Source: Mobula hypostoma
Taxonomy: Eukaryota
NCBI RefSeq assembly: GCF_963921235.1
Contig: NC_086097.1
Span: 49,912,001 to 49,976,000, forward strand
DNA: 64,000 bases
Direction: 5' to 3'
Shown here: one piece after another, positions 13,611-27,499 of the stretch
Numbering within the stretch: position 1 is the first letter of the stretch
Layout of the letters: every line of letters begins with the position of its first letter
The notes under the pieces: generated by a model
Database searches by the model: none
The model's input: only the letters and a program-made list of their open reading frames with translations
What the model was told of the DNA's origin: nothing
Position numbers and translations under genes: made by a program

Positions 13611-14842
13611 ATCTGTATACTTTGTCCGTTACGTGCATGTGCCTGCCTGTTCCTGTTTCTAAGCTGCATATGTTGTTTCAGCATATGTTTAACTACTCAC
13701 CATAAAAACAAAAGCTGGTGGCATGGCAGCAAACAATTAACAATGACTAATGTTTAATGTGCACAGCACCTCCACGTGTGATATCAAATCCCCTGCATTT
13801 CTTCCTGGAGTGCAGCTTTTGGTCTGCATCTGCCTTTTATGTAGTGTGTACTGTAGGTATCTGTGTGAGAATTTGAATACAAGAAGTACTTTTTTTTTGT
13901 TTGTGGAGTTGACTAGTAATTGTCTTCCACTTGCAGATTATAATTTTAAATGGTTACAGAATAGTGAAGCTATATTATCCAAACTTCAGTTCCTTTTCTA
14001 TTTATTTGCTGCAAATAATTCTGTTTTTAGAAAGGAAGTATGCTTCAACCTTTAGCTTTAGTCCTGATTTGACTGATTGCTCTCAGCAAGTACACTGGTT
14101 TTATGGAGGAGAAATATTGTCACCTCTTTTCACTGAGAACTAAATCAATAGCAGAATTGCAGGTTTCTTACAGCAGTATATGAACATGTTATTGTATGTT
14201 GCTTAGGTAGTGGCTCTTGTATGTTCATAAGTTAAATTTTATGGGGACTTTGCTATTTTAATTGTTGACAAATAACAAATTTTGCCAAGCAGTTTGGAAG
14301 ATTCTGAATTAGAAGCTGATATCTTAAATGATTAGTTAATTTAATAATCAGACGTAGTATGCTTACACTAAATTTTTGTAAATGTAGAAATATGTAATTC
14401 CTTCAATATTGTTGTACACTGTTCATAAGTAATGTCCTGTGCTAAAATGTCTTAAGCACTTGTTGCTAGCCTGCTGAAACTGTACTTTTTCTTGAGTGGC
14501 ACATTTATTATTTTACTTGTAACAGATTCTATTTAAATGAGAAATACCAACTGTGCAGCTTTTAATTTCCAACTGGATCATGCCATTTTTGGAATATTGT
14601 ATTTCTGTACACACTCCAGCTTTCCATTTATTGTATATTTCACTTTTGCACAATTGTATAAAGCTGAATATACTCGGCTTTCTTCCATTTTTGGCCAGTT
14701 TCAAAGCAGTAATTTATTTTGTTGCCTTATAATGAATATCATGTGTAAATTTTGTTGAAATGAAAGCATTTGATTGTTAAATTGTTTTGCACAGTAGTAT
14801 AATTTTTAAATTCTATTTAATTTTTCCATAGAATGTAACTAC

Positions 14843-14848
14843 AATAAA
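14843..14848 (+). promoter_or_regulatory. Likely polyadenylation signal of CEP170B
   Basis: AATAAA preceded by TGTA elements and U-rich sequence and followed by GU-rich gtttgtgttt about 25 nt downstream. Confidence 0.55.
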
Positions 14849-16567
14849 CCATTCTACATAGCAGTGAAATGTTTGTGTTTTGAAAATCCATGTGAACAAC
14901 TGTTAAATTGCTAAACTAACTAGGCTGCAAGATGAAGTATTTAGTAACCATAAAAAAATTGACATGTCAGCTCAAGGTATCATACTGCTCAGTACCAAAT
15001 TGAGACTTTGACTGCTTTGCATTTACTGACACTCTTAAATTGTAATGGTATCCTTTTCCACATGTCTGTCTGGATCAGACAGAGGAAAATTAACAAAAGT
15101 ATGCTTAAAATGGCAGAGTATTTTATTCATAAGATTTCCTTCTCCTTAAAGTTTAGCAGCTGGCATCCCAGGGAGTTAAATAATCAGAGAAATTTACAGC
15201 ACAGAATTTGAGTTTTTGGACTGTTGTATGCATGCCAACCAGAAATCTCACTCATAGCTCTGCATGTTGTGTTTTTTTCAAATGCTTTACCAAGTACTGT
15301 ATAAATATAAGAATCCACTATTCCTTCAGGCAGTAGGTTCACTTGTTGAGCAAAATAACTTTAAATCTGATCAAATTAATTTAGATATATCCCCATCAGT
15401 TACTGATCTTTTGGCTAATGGAAATGGATCCTTCTGTTCACCACGTCCATGCCTCTCATAATTTTCATTTTTCATCCATAAAGAAACAATTCTCCAGCCC
15501 TCACAGTGCTAACAAATTCTTCCTGTACTATTGCTGGTTCTCTTTTGCTGGGTACAGTACAATTTCAGCATTACCTTTCTGATCTTGTATTCAGTGCTTT
15601 GACTGATACAGATAAGTATCCATATCCCAGCTTACCGACATACCTTGCTTCCTCAAGATCCCTATTTTCCATTACGTTTGGTATCCAAACATTTATCAGA
15701 TGTTTCCTTGCAATGTTTGCCCTCTCTACAGACATGACTTTGCACTTTTGGGAATGGAATTCCACTTGCCACTTTGGTGTCTCTTGCTGCATGCAGCTCC
15801 AGTGACCTTGACATCACTATTGTCTGTGCAGAGTTCGCTTATTTTTCCCCTGGTGTGTTGGTTTCCTAATACATTCCAAATACGTGCTGGTAGGTTAATT
15901 AGCTGCTGTGCCATACTCCCTTAACATAAGTTGATGGTAAAGATAATCAAAAGGGAGTTGATGACCAATTGTGAGAGAGACTGTTGTAGGGGGTACAAGG
16001 AAGTAATGGGAATAGGACTCAAACTGATGGGCCAAATAGCTTCCTTGTGCATTGTTGTATATCTAAAAAAGGTAATTGGTTCATTGTTATTTTGTGAGAA
16101 AGCTGACAATTTTATGTTTCAAGATGAAAGTATGTTTTCTAAACAAATTAGGAAACAGATTCATATCAAACTTCAATGACTTGTTCAACATTTCATGTGA
16201 TATTTTCAGTAATAATATTTTAAATGCATTTAGACTATTTCAGACTCGTCCAGTATTTTGTGTTACTCAGAAATTCAGATTCAAGTTGGATTTCAACATG
16301 AATGTTATGTTGAGGAGTTTATTTTTATTAATGTCCCTTAAAATAAGAAATGGTTTAATAGTGCAAATGTTCAAAAGTTAGAAGTATTGTTTGGTTATTT
16401 GAACTGAATTGCAATACACTAGATGATTTGCCACAAGTTATGCTGGATACTACATTGATTAGTTAGTAAGCCTGAAAATGCAAGTTATGACATTCGTCAT
16501 CCTGCAATATTGAATTACCGTTTGGTGTTGTGCAGCTAATGAATGAAAACATCAGTCATAATTAGCA

Positions 16568-16663
16568 ACACACATAAAAAAAATGCTGCCTGGCCTGCTG
16601 CGTTCACCAACATTTTTTGTGTGTGTTGCTTGAGTTTCCAGCATCTGCAGATTTCCTCGTGTT
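16568..16663 (+). mobile_element. Short Penelope-type palindromic insert with 16 bp flanking duplication
   Basis: TCAGTCATAATTAGCA at 16552-16567 and 16664-16679; internal atgctgcctggcctgctgcgttcacca shared with other copies; gcaacacac.../...gtgtgttgc inverted repeat. Confidence 0.75.
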
Positions 16664-17367
16664 TCAGTCATAATTAGCAGGCCAGTATAGAGCTGACTTG
16701 CTGTATTACACCAAATGGCGCCTGATCTATTATGCATTGTACCTGGTTTTGGGGCAATCAACATTCAGACCCAAGTCTTATTGTTTAATGGTCTGCCATT
16801 GAAAAAACATTCTGATAATTTTATGGTCTGACTTGAAGTAGCACCAGAAGAGGAAACAAATTCAGACTTCTCAGGAGAAACTGATCAAATAAATTTACTA
16901 CAGTTGATGTAAGTTTTAAAATAACAACACAAATTTTTTTAATGTATATGAATTGTAAAAAGCTTGCTGAGTGCTTTTTTAAGTTTTAAGCATCTGGTGC
17001 TTATGTTTATTCATAACCAATCACATTCTGGTTATGAACAGGAACCATTTAATAAAAATATACCAAAAAGATAATGAAAATGTGTTCTTCCTTTTTATTT
17101 TTCTGTTTTGAAGATCTGAGTGTTATCCATCCCAAATTTCCTTTGAATTGATTGGCCTGCTTTGCCTTATCAGCTTTATCACCTCTTTCTCTTTGTGCAA
17201 ATGAAATGAGGTGGAATTTGGTGATAACATTGCAGCCCAAAACCAAATTACATTAAAAAAGAAGTGCATAACTTAAAGAGGAACTAAAAGAAATTTAGCT
17301 GTTTGAATAAAGGTTTCATCACGTCACAGCAGATGTTTATTATGGACTGAACTGTCAGTATCTGTAG

Positions 17368-17406
17368 ATGAAAACAGCCAGCGAAACGATCGGCTTCTCT
17401 ATGGTG
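17368..17406 (+). CDS. Candidate upstream (first) exon of PLD4, MKTASETIGFSMV
   Basis: ATG-initiated 13 codons ending at a consensus GTG|GTAAGT donor, phase 0, in frame with exon 40899; no homology support. Confidence 0.35.
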
Positions 17407-19074
17407 GTAAGTTCACACGTGCTGCTTTTCTGTTATCCAATACTGCACTGAAGTTATTCCTGACTTAAGCAGTTTTCTTAAAGTAGTAACCATGAATTTT
17501 GTTTTTGTGTGTTTTTGAATTCTTTCTTAATAGTTGATTTTGCACAATTGTAAAGACTAAAACAAAAGGTGGTCCTTGGCATCAAATGCATTAAATGGAT
17601 GTAAGCCCTCTTCCCAATCTTAGTCCTTAATGAAAATTAAATTAATATAATTTCAGTGCCTTAGTTACTGAATGAGTTCAGATGATCTTATAATGAATTC
17701 CTTTGAATATACACAAAATCTAATCATTGAAGTGAGCTGCTCCTTTAATTCTTGTGTACAAGGTCAGATAATGGACAATGCAGTGGTCTTCTACTTCAAC
17801 CTTTGTAATCAGGGCCAATTTATTAACGCAATGGTGAAAAGCATTCAAATGACAATTGCGTACTTACTGATTCAAACATTTTCCTCCAAATGTTTAAACT
17901 GATGTTGCCCTTTTATACTTCCAACAAGGCATTGTCTTACAATTGGAATTTACCATTCATTATCCTCATTCAAACCTTACCTAATGTCTACATACTCACC
18001 AGGTAAACAGTACTGATTAACACCTGGAAGCCTGGCAGATTAGGCATTTTTTTTCTCTCAACCGGCAAATTGTTGAGGTTTGAACACCTGAGTTTAACTA
18101 ATTTGCCACAAATTGAGCGTGTGACCTTGTTCTATAGAGTGCAGCTTGTAAATCAACAAGCTTGTTTAAACATTGGGTAAGTGATTTAAAATGCTACTGA
18201 GCTGCAGAGAATGTTGTGGAACAAGGACAGTAGCTTCCAATAAGTGAATTTGTAAAAAGTGAATAATGTAGTCAAACAAGAACCCAAACATACATTTGAA
18301 ATCTACAGATGCACTAATGTGTATTTTTGGACTGCTGTTGTTATTTTCAGTTCCTTTGTATAACTGTATCTTTGCTATGTGCAGTAGATCATATGAGGCA
18401 GAATTAAAGCTATGCATTTGATCTAACAGCATTTCAATTAATGGCTTCAAATGCAAAGCCAATATGATTTAGATATGTATGTGGTTTCAAAGTGGAGGAT
18501 ATTTATGAGAGGTCATTTTTAATGCAAAGTATTTCTTAACTGGCAAATTGAGGTATTGGTTAATTTTCTGATATTGCATGATAACATTTTTAGTGCAATA
18601 TCTTAAATTGTTTGTGATTCAAGATAAATTACATTTCATTGGGTATAGGTGATGTATGTATGGCTATGTTGCTCATTTTAATACAGCATAACCAATATCA
18701 AGTGTGAAGATGTCATGAATTTTCTGCCAACAAGATCAGTGCTTTTTTATTTGTTCAGACACGTGAAGAGATTAAATCATAAGGGTTCATTACACTAAGA
18801 AAGAATAATTTTGAGTTTGTGGGATAAAATAACTTGGAGTTTTTGGCATTCAAATTCAATATCAAATTCTTTGTGGACTATCATGCTTCTCATGACCCAA
18901 AATGTTAACACAAAATAATTACAAGTGCTAAAATGACTAAAATCTGAAATACTTGAAATTAATATGCTCACTCCCATTAACCACGTTCATTTATAATAGC
19001 TTTGAAGATCAAATGGATTCAGAGAAGAATTCTGTGTGGCATGTTGTAATGCATTGGCATTCTACCATGACATA

Positions 19075-19430
19075 TGGTATACAAATTATGAGAGGTGTAG
19101 ATAGGGTAAATGCAGTGTGTTTTTTCCACTGAGGTTGGGTGAGACTAAAACTAGAGGTCAGGAGTTAAGGGTGAAATATTTAAGGGGAACATGAGGGGAA
19201 GCTTCTTCACTCAGAGTGTGGTGAGATTGTTCAACGAGCTGCCAGAGGAAGTGGTGGATGTGGATTTGAATTCAACGTTTAAGAGAAATTTGGTTAGGTA
19301 CAAGGATGGGAGGGGTATGGAGGGCTATGGTCCAGGGGTGGATTGCTGGGACTAGGCAGAATAATAGTTTAGTACAGACTAGGTGGGCCAAAGGGCCTGT
19401 TTCTGTGCCATAGTGTTCCATAACTATATT
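19075..19430 (+). mobile_element. CR1 LINE 3' end
   Basis: YKIMRGVDRV..., FFTQSVVR.. and typical tail gggccaaagggcctgtttctgtgc. Confidence 0.8.
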
Positions 19431-19682
19431 CTCTGACCATTACTTCTAAAGGGATGCAGTCAGCCCTATATCAGTAAGGGATGGCATAGACAAAGTGCAT
19501 GTGTGTCCAATATCATTTACATATTTATAGCAGCATAAAATTAATATTTTGATTAAAAGGTAATTTGATTTGTTACCTCAGCTGTAGTAATTGAATTTGA
19601 GGTGCCATTCTTGGTAATTAATTCTGCAACCATGTCCTGTTCTTTAAGGTTGATTATTAACTCATGCATACTAGATGTGATA

Positions 19683-20070
19683 CTGGAATTAGGAAGAATG
19701 CGCGGGGATCTCATTGAAACCTACCGAATGTTGAAAGGACTAGATAGGGTAGATGTGGAGAGGATGTTCCCGTGGTGGAAGTATCCAGAATTAAAGGGCA
19801 CAGCCTCAAAACTGAGGGGTGACCTTTTAGAACAGAGGTAAAGTGGAGTTGTTTTTAGCCAGAGAGTGGTGAATTTCTGCAAAGAGGCCGGGTCTGTGGA
19901 TATATTTAAGGTGGAAGTTGATCGTTTCCTGATCGATCAGGGTATCAAAGGATATGGCAAGAAGGCAGGTGTACGGGGCTGAGTAGGATCCTGGATCAGC
20001 CATGATGGAATGGCAGTGCAGACTTGGGCTGAATGGCCTAATACTGCTCCTACGTCTTATGGTTTTATGG
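19683..20070 (+). mobile_element. CR1 LINE 3' end
   Basis: RMRGDLIETYRMLKGLDRVDVERMFP; tail gaatggcctaatactgctcct...tcttatggt. Confidence 0.85.
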
Positions 20071-22819
20071 TGATGATCTGCTATCAGTTATTTAATTACT
20101 GAAGGATTTTTAGAAGAATTATCGTGTATATTTGTACCTATGGAGAAACGTGATCTAACCGTAGCAACTTATTGATTAAGGAAATCCTTTACTTCATCTT
20201 AACCGCAGTCCGGAATCTGACTGCAGCTTGCAGTGCAGAATAACTCGGTAACAGTAATGCTATGGCATCTGATCATGTACTGTGCATTTAAATTTTCCAA
20301 TAATTTGGTATCCACATCTTAATGCATAAGCATCTGATTACAAACTAATTATAATTAGTGACTGAGTTTTCTTACAGTGAACTGTAGCATTTGTAATTTA
20401 TATAAAGGAGAGAATGTCTAAGCAGAATTTTCTCAGACTTTTCTCAGTCTGTCTTTTATTAAACCCCTGCATTTAAAAAAAACTATCCAAACCATAGCTC
20501 ATTGGTAAATGTAAACCAATGAAAAATGTCATTACAAGCAATTTTGAAACCCAATTGATGGATAGCATGAAAAATAGCATTTAAATTCCTGTATATCCCC
20601 TTCCTTCCAAACATAATTCTGTTTTTTTAAACTAAATTATTATAGCAGAATTTATATGGTTCTGTTTATCACAGTAACTTTGCAGAGTGGGAAAGAGGAT
20701 GTAAACAATATGCTAAAATAAAAGTTTGGAAATTTCAGAAAATAGTTAAACTAGATGTTATATATTGAGAGTAGCTTTATTTTTAGCTGAGATTCCTATA
20801 TGTCATTTGGCATCTCTGAACACGATACAATTTAATATCTAATTATATGAAATTATTGGCTTGCCACCATTGTAAGACTTGCTCTCGGTAATTCTTTAGT
20901 GGCTAATATTTTCCCCCCAACTGACTATTGTGTTTTAAAATCATATATTACAAATACTTAATTAAAAAGTATCTGGATCCCAATATCTTGCTGAAAAAAT
21001 GTTTTTGATTTTAATTTTGCAAATGTATTCAGCTGTTCTGCAATTTTCTTAAGATAGTGGAATTCAGTATAGTACCATCTTGAAAGTCTGTTAAAATATT
21101 TAAATGTTTTGACCAGATGTAAAACCATAGTTTTAATCACTTCTCTTTTTTAACCACTGTTGTATGAGATCGAGCCATATTAATTCTATAAAGGGCATTT
21201 TATAAAAGCAATTCAAACTGGTGGCTGTTTATGTACAGGTTCAATCACTTACAAAATCACAGTTCAGGAAGTAAGTGAAACTGCTGTATGCCTTTACTCA
21301 TGGCAGGAATATGAACATTGAAGTCTGATACTAAACAAGAATAAACTGAGGCTAAACTCATCAACCATGCTCCATTAGCTAAATAGGTTACATGTGACAG
21401 TTGGCAAGAACAGCCAAAGTTCAAGAACAGTAACATTCTCATCTTTCCAATAATTACTGAGGGGTGCAGATGGCAGGACTGGACCAAGTTCCCTCCGTCC
21501 CGTCCCTCCCTCCGAGAGTGCTGTAGGTTGTCAATGCCTTGTCTCTAATGTAAAGAGAATATTACCCACTAGCTTAAAGTATGGAAAAGTGACTTTCTAT
21601 CAACAAAACTGGCATCCTAGTGAATATCTCCACATTCTCAAAAGGAGAGTACAAAATTGTACTGTGCTGAGGAAAAAAGCTAGTGAAATTATTCTGATAT
21701 GCTACTGCATGCTATAATGTACTATCAATTTTACATGTGATCAGAAACATCAAAATAATTTGTATTAGATACAATATTGAATAAATAGCAAAATCTCACT
21801 ATTCACAGCTTAGAATTGATAGACACAGTGCTGAACTGTAGTGAGGATTTAATTTTGTTAGTACAATCAGTTGACTATTGTGTAGCAAGTTCGTTTGTCA
21901 ATGAAAGTAGTAACACTACTTCACACAACAGAAACTGGAAATAACAGAGAAGCTGCTCAAATCCCTTTCTCTGCAGCAGACTAACAATAAACAGATGTGA
22001 AACTTCAATCTCAATTCCTCTTTTTCTACTTGGTGATTGTTGGCACAAATCCATTCATGTTAGTATTTGGTCTATTTTGGTTAGTATAAACACTGATTCA
22101 TTGCTTATTTTATTACTTTATCATGTGAGATGTTTTCATTTAAATTGCTCCCACTGTGTGTGGATACACGCTAAAAATGTAAACTTAAAGCTAAAAAATA
22201 TGTTCTGTTTAATTTTCAGAATTTTCTTGGTATATTTGCTTTTCTTCCTAAAAGAGCAAAATGCCATGTATCTTTTGTAGGAATATTTTAGTGGAGTTAC
22301 CGATGAGATGAGGGGATCTCAATATATAAAGCAACATCAATGAGCAATTTACCCCTATTTCTATGCATCCTCTCATTGTTCGTATGTAGGAGTTTGGCTG
22401 CCTACTATTTTCTGTCCTTTGTTGAGCTGGCCAATCTCAGCTGCAGGGGTCCTGTAATAGGCCTCAGTATCCTAAGGTTTTAAAAAAGAGGAAAATCATT
22501 AATGTTTCAATTTCTGATCAATCCCACAACTTCCAGCAGCAATTTTCATTGCGAAACACCATGCTAAGAGCACCATCTGGCACATTGTTGCAAAGGTTAG
22601 TTTTCTTTTGGGGTGATCTGTCAAATTTTGTGCCATAGCTGTCTATACCCATGCTAAATGGTGGGATATTTACTCACTTAAACACATGACTAAAACACAG
22701 TGTGCAAAAGCCAGAGAACCTGTATGAAACTGATGTACACGTTTGTAGGTTCCTGTATGTTTCTCCATGCAATGTGCTTTCTATGTAATGTTTGAAAAAA
22801 GACAAAGGAGCAGAATGTA

Positions 22820-22945
22820 AGAGATTTTGCAGATGCTGGAAATCCAAAGCAACACACACAAAAAGCTGGAGGAATTCAGCAGGTCAGGCAGCATCAATGG
22901 AAAATAAACAGTTGATGCTTTGGGCTGAGACCCTTCATCAGGACA
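22820..22945 (-). repeat. Penelope-type end repeat with degenerate hammerhead core
   Basis: Minus strand gtcCTGATGAagggtctcagcccAAAGCATCaactg...gatgctgcctgacctgctgaattcctccagc. Confidence 0.7.
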
Positions 22946-23031
22946 TCCCTCCATTTGGTCACTCAGTCATCGAGTCTGCTCCATCATTCAATCATAGCTT
23001 GTTCAAAGTAAATATATTATCCAAGTATATA

Positions 23032-24569
23032 CAATGCCTATTCATCCCCCCTGGATGTTTTTATGTTTTATTGCTTTTCAACATTAAATCACAGTGGATC
23101 TAATTTGGCTTTTTTTGACACTGATCAACAGAAGGTGACTCATGTCAAAATGAAAACAGATCTTTACAAAGTGAACTAAATTAATTACAATTAGAAAACA
23201 CAAAATAGTTGATCACACTCCCTTCAATATGACACATTCAAATCATCACTGGTGCAGACAATTCATTTGAGAAGTCACATAATTAGTTAAATGAAGATCG
23301 CCATGTGCAATCAAGGTGTTTCAATTGACTGTAGTAAAAATGCACCTGTATCTGGAAGGTCCAACTGCTGGTGAGTCAGTATCCTGGCAAAAACTACACC
23401 ATGAAGACAAAAGAACACACCAAGTAACTCCGTGAACAGGTCATTGAAAAGCACAAATCAGGAGATGGATACAAGATAATTTCCAAGTCACTGAATATCC
23501 CTTGGAAGTCAGTCTTCAAGAAATGGAAAGAATATGGTGCAGCTGTAAAATCACCTGGAGTGACCATGCAAGAAGGGGACTAGTGAGGGAGACCACCAAG
23601 ACACCTATGACAACTCTGGAGGAGTTACAAGCTTCAATGGCTGAGCTGGGAGAGACTGCGCATACAACAACTATAGCCCGGGTGCTTCACCAGTCACAGC
23701 TTTATGGGAGAGTGGCAAAGAGAAAGCCACCATTGGAAAAAATCTCCAAATCTTGAGTGGAATTTACCAGAAGGCATGTGGAAGACTCTGAGGTCAGCTG
23801 GAAGAAGGTTCTGTGGTCTGATGAAACCAAAATTCAGTTTTTGGCCAACAGACTAAACACTATGTTTAGCATAAACCAACCATCACACATAATCAAAAAC
23901 GCACCATCCCTACTGTGAAGCATGGTGGTAGCTGTATCATGCTGTGGGGATACTTCACTGTAGCAGGCCCTGGAAGGCTTGTTAAGGTAGAGGGTAAAAT
24001 GAATGCAGCAAAATACAGGGAAATCCTGGAGGAAAACCTAATGCATCCTGCAAGAGAACTGCAACTTGGGAGAAGATTTGTTTTCCAGCAAGACAATGAC
24101 CCCAAGCACAAGCCAAAGCTACACAGGAATGGTTAAAAACAACGAAGTAATGTCCTGGAATGGTCAAGTCAGAGACCAGACCTCAATCCAATTGAGAATT
24201 TGTGGCTGGACGTGAAAAGGGCTCCTCACTCATGATCTCCATGCAATCTGACGGAGCTTGAGCAGTTTTGTAAAGAAGAATGGGGAAAAATTATTCAGAT
24301 GTGCAAAGCTGATAGAAACCTATCCACACAGACTTAAGGCTGTAATTGCTGCCAAAGGTGCATCTACTAAACACTGACTTGGAGGGAGTGAATCAATCAA
24401 TTTGTGTTTTATACTTGTAATTAATTTAGATCAATTTGTAGATATCTGTTTTCACTTTGACACAAAAGAGTCAATTTCCGTTGATCAGTGTCAAAAAAGC
24501 CAAATGAAGTCGTAAAATAATAAAACATGAAAGCTTCCAAGAGTGGGTTTATACTTTATATGGTCATTG
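23032..24569 (+). mobile_element. Full-length decayed Tc1-family DNA transposon with ~200 bp TIRs
   Basis: Transposase remnants from ATG 23401 ([43 protein letters not shown]) with stops and frameshifts; TIR match ttttttgacactgatcaac / gttgatcagtgtcaaaaaa; TA at the left end. Confidence 0.92.
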
Positions 24570-24574
24570 TGTAC

Positions 24575-25745
24575 GTCACCATATGCAACCCACAGATTCA
24601 TTTGCTTGTGGGCAAACTCAGTAAACCCAAAAACCATAATAGAATCAATGAAAGACTTCGCCAAAAGGGTGGACAAGCAGTGTGCAAAAGATAAACTGCA
24701 AATACAAAAAAAAGAAAAAAATAAGTAAGTAAGAAATATCAAGAACATGAGATGAGAAGTCTTTCAAAGTGAGTCCATTGGTTGTGGGAATAGTTCAGTG
24801 ATGGGGCGAGTGAAGCTATCCCTTCTGGTTCAGGAGCCTGATGGTTGGGGGGTAATAATTGTTGCTGAATCTAGTGGTGTGAGTCCTGAGACTCTTGTAC
24901 CACATTCCTGAGGGCAGCAGTGAGAAGAGAACATGACCTGGGTGGTGGAGGTCTCTGATGATGGATGCTGGTTTCCTGCGACAGCAGTTTCAGTGTAGAT
25001 GTGCTTGATGGTGGAAAGATGGTGGTGATGGACTGGGCCATATCTACTACTTTTAGTAGGATTTTCTGTTTGAGGGCATTGGTGTTCCCATACCAGGCTG
25101 TGATGCAGCCAGTCAATGTACTCCCCACAACACATCTAGATCAGATTAAATTAGATTAGATTATCTATAGACATCTATAGAAGTTTGTCAAAGTCTTAGA
25201 TGTCATGCCAAATCTTTACAAGCTCCTAAGGAAGTAGAAGCATTGTTGTGTTTTCTTCGTAATTGCACTAACATACTGGACCCAGGACAGGTCCTCTGAA
25301 ATGATAACACTGAGAAATGTAAGGTTGCTGACCCTTTCCGCTTCTGAGGACTGGCTCATGGACTTCTGACTTCCTCTTCCTGAAGTTAATAATCAGCTCC
25401 TTGGTCTTGCTAACGTTGAGTACGAGGTTGTTGTTGTCGTGGCACCACTCAGCCAGATTTTCAATCTCCCTCCCATGTGCTGATTCATCGCTGCCTTTGA
25501 TTCGGCCAGAAACAGTGGTGTCGTCAGCATCTTAAATATGGCATTGGAGCTGTGCTCAGCCACACGGTCATAAGTGTAAAGCAGATAGAGCAGGGGGCTA
25601 AGCTCACAGCTTTGTCGTGCACCTCTGCTGATGGAGATTGTGAACAAAATGTTATTGCCAATCCAAACTGACCGAAGTTTGCAAGTGAAGAAATCGAGGA
25701 TCCAATTTCACATGGAGTTATTGAGGCCAAAGCTTTGAAACTTAT
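24575..25745 (-). mobile_element. Rex1/Babar-like LINE 3' fragment
   Basis: Minus-strand ORFs with LSPLLYLLYTYD and STLTGCITAWYGN. Confidence 0.8.
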
Positions 25746-25759
25746 TGATTAGTATTGAA

Positions 25760-25905
25760 AGGGGTTGAGAGGGGAATTGATTTTCCCTCTCAACACTATT
25801 CTCCTGCTTTTTCCCTGTAACTTTTGAAGCCCTGACTATCAAGAACCTATCAACATCTGATTTAAATATACCGAATGACTTGGCCTCCACAGCCTCCCGT
25901 GGTGA
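25760..25905 (-). mobile_element. Short CR1 3' fragment
   Basis: PREAVEAKSFGIFKSDVDRFLI. Confidence 0.75.
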
Positions 25906-26364
25906 ATATTTTTGTTCTGTTGATTTGTTCACCTATTTTGTTGCTTGGCATACAATATTTAAAAATATAGCAAGAAATGCTTTGCAATATATTTTGCTTT
26001 GCAGACTCCACGAATTTCTCATGTAAATATAGCTCCTTTTATTAGGTAGTTGGATGCTGCTTAATCAGGCAGTTGTGCAATAAACTTAATGTCTTATACA
26101 AAATGAGGAAGTAGTGTAACTTTGGAATAAAATACTCTTCCAGTAAGTTGCCATTATAATATGGAACAAATACCAATGTTTTCTAAAGAGCTTCATCCTT
26201 CTACCACAAACCATAAAAAGTCTGAACAGCTGGAATAAATAATGAAAAGTAAAGACATAATAAGGAAGTACCAGCAGCTGCAAAGAAAAGGTTTGAAAGT
26301 AATGTTGGAAGCATGTGAGGCTGAGATTTATATTGATACAAGACTATATAGTATTTAGGTTTCA

Positions 26365-26470
26365 GGTCCTGCTGAAGGGTTTCAGCCCAAAACATCAGCT
26401 ATACTCTTTTCCTAGACGCTGCCTGGCCACTGAGTTCCTCCAGTGTTTTGTGTGTGTTGCTTGGATTTTC
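26365..26470 (+). repeat. Penelope-type end repeat with degenerate hammerhead core
   Basis: gtcCTGCTGAagggtttcagcccAAAACATCagct...gctgcctggcc.ctgagttcctccag. Confidence 0.7.
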
Positions 26471-27079
26471 CCTTATTTAATACTTAGGTTTTGCAGTTTT
26501 CAAATCGTCTTGAATCAAGGTCGTCCATCTCATTTAATCTTATCCTTAAAACCACAATTAGAAGAAAATTGGCTATTTCTGTAAGTAAGCCCTTAACCTG
26601 GTGTCAATTAATCTTTAGGAGTGACTTCCAGGTGTTAACAATGCACAACAATGTTTCTTCATATCTACTTCAAAGATTTCCTTGCAATCTCAAACTTGTA
26701 TATATTAACAAATAGTTCTAGGTCTACTTTCTGCAGTCAATCTAAAGATGTGACATCAGCAGTTCTACCATCCTTAACAGTGTAGTTTATTTACTTGTTG
26801 TAAGAAATTAGAAATGAAGTACTATAAATTTTATTTTCCGGGCTCAGACATTGCTTTTCTTCTAAATAATTATACTAATTGTTTTATGTAATTTGATGTT
26901 TTAAGCCAATCTGATGTTTTCAATAGCCCAAACAATTACCTATTTGTAAATTCCAACTTCCTCATCTTGTATAAGGTATCGAAAATAGCATGTCTTATTC
27001 ATATTAGTACCTCATATTGGTCAAAATTTAATTCTCATCAGTACTATTACTTAATTATAAAAAAAATAAAAACACTAAA

Positions 27080-27300
27080 AGGGGCTGCACAATGGCATGA
27101 CTAGTAGAGCAATTTCATAACAATTCCAGCGACCCAGGTTTATTCTGGACTCTCACTGCTGTCTGCACTGAATTTGTTCTTCCCTTCTGACTGAGTTTTT
27201 TCTGAATGTTCTGATTTGCTTCCACATGCCAAAGATGTGCTTGCTGCTAGGTTAATTGGCCATTATAAATAAGCCCCAGTGTCCAGATGAGTGGTCAAAT
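27080..27300 (+). mobile_element. Degenerate tRNA-derived V-SINE-like element
   Basis: Decayed A/B boxes (atggcatgactagtagagc, ccaggtttattc) and V-domain-like ccacatgccaaagatgtg...ggttaattggcca. Confidence 0.5.
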
Positions 27301-27499
27301 CTGGGGCAGTCGCTGAGAATAAGACAGGGTCAGTGTAAGTGAGAGCTTGATAGTTGGGGTAAAGTTAGTGAGCTGACGATGCTGTGAATTGATGCTATTT
27401 AATAGTGAAGCATCATCTTTCCTGGGTTGATTGGAAACATTTTCCTTTTTTAACCATAGTGCTCTAATGTTTTTACTGAAGTTACTTTTTTCGGGCAAA

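Noticed and set aside
20209..20247. Possible 39 nt exon (CCGCAG...GTAACA) in the putative PLD4 first intron
   Set aside because: In-frame TGA in phase 0 and no homology; could only be a UTR exon and cannot be supported from sequence alone.
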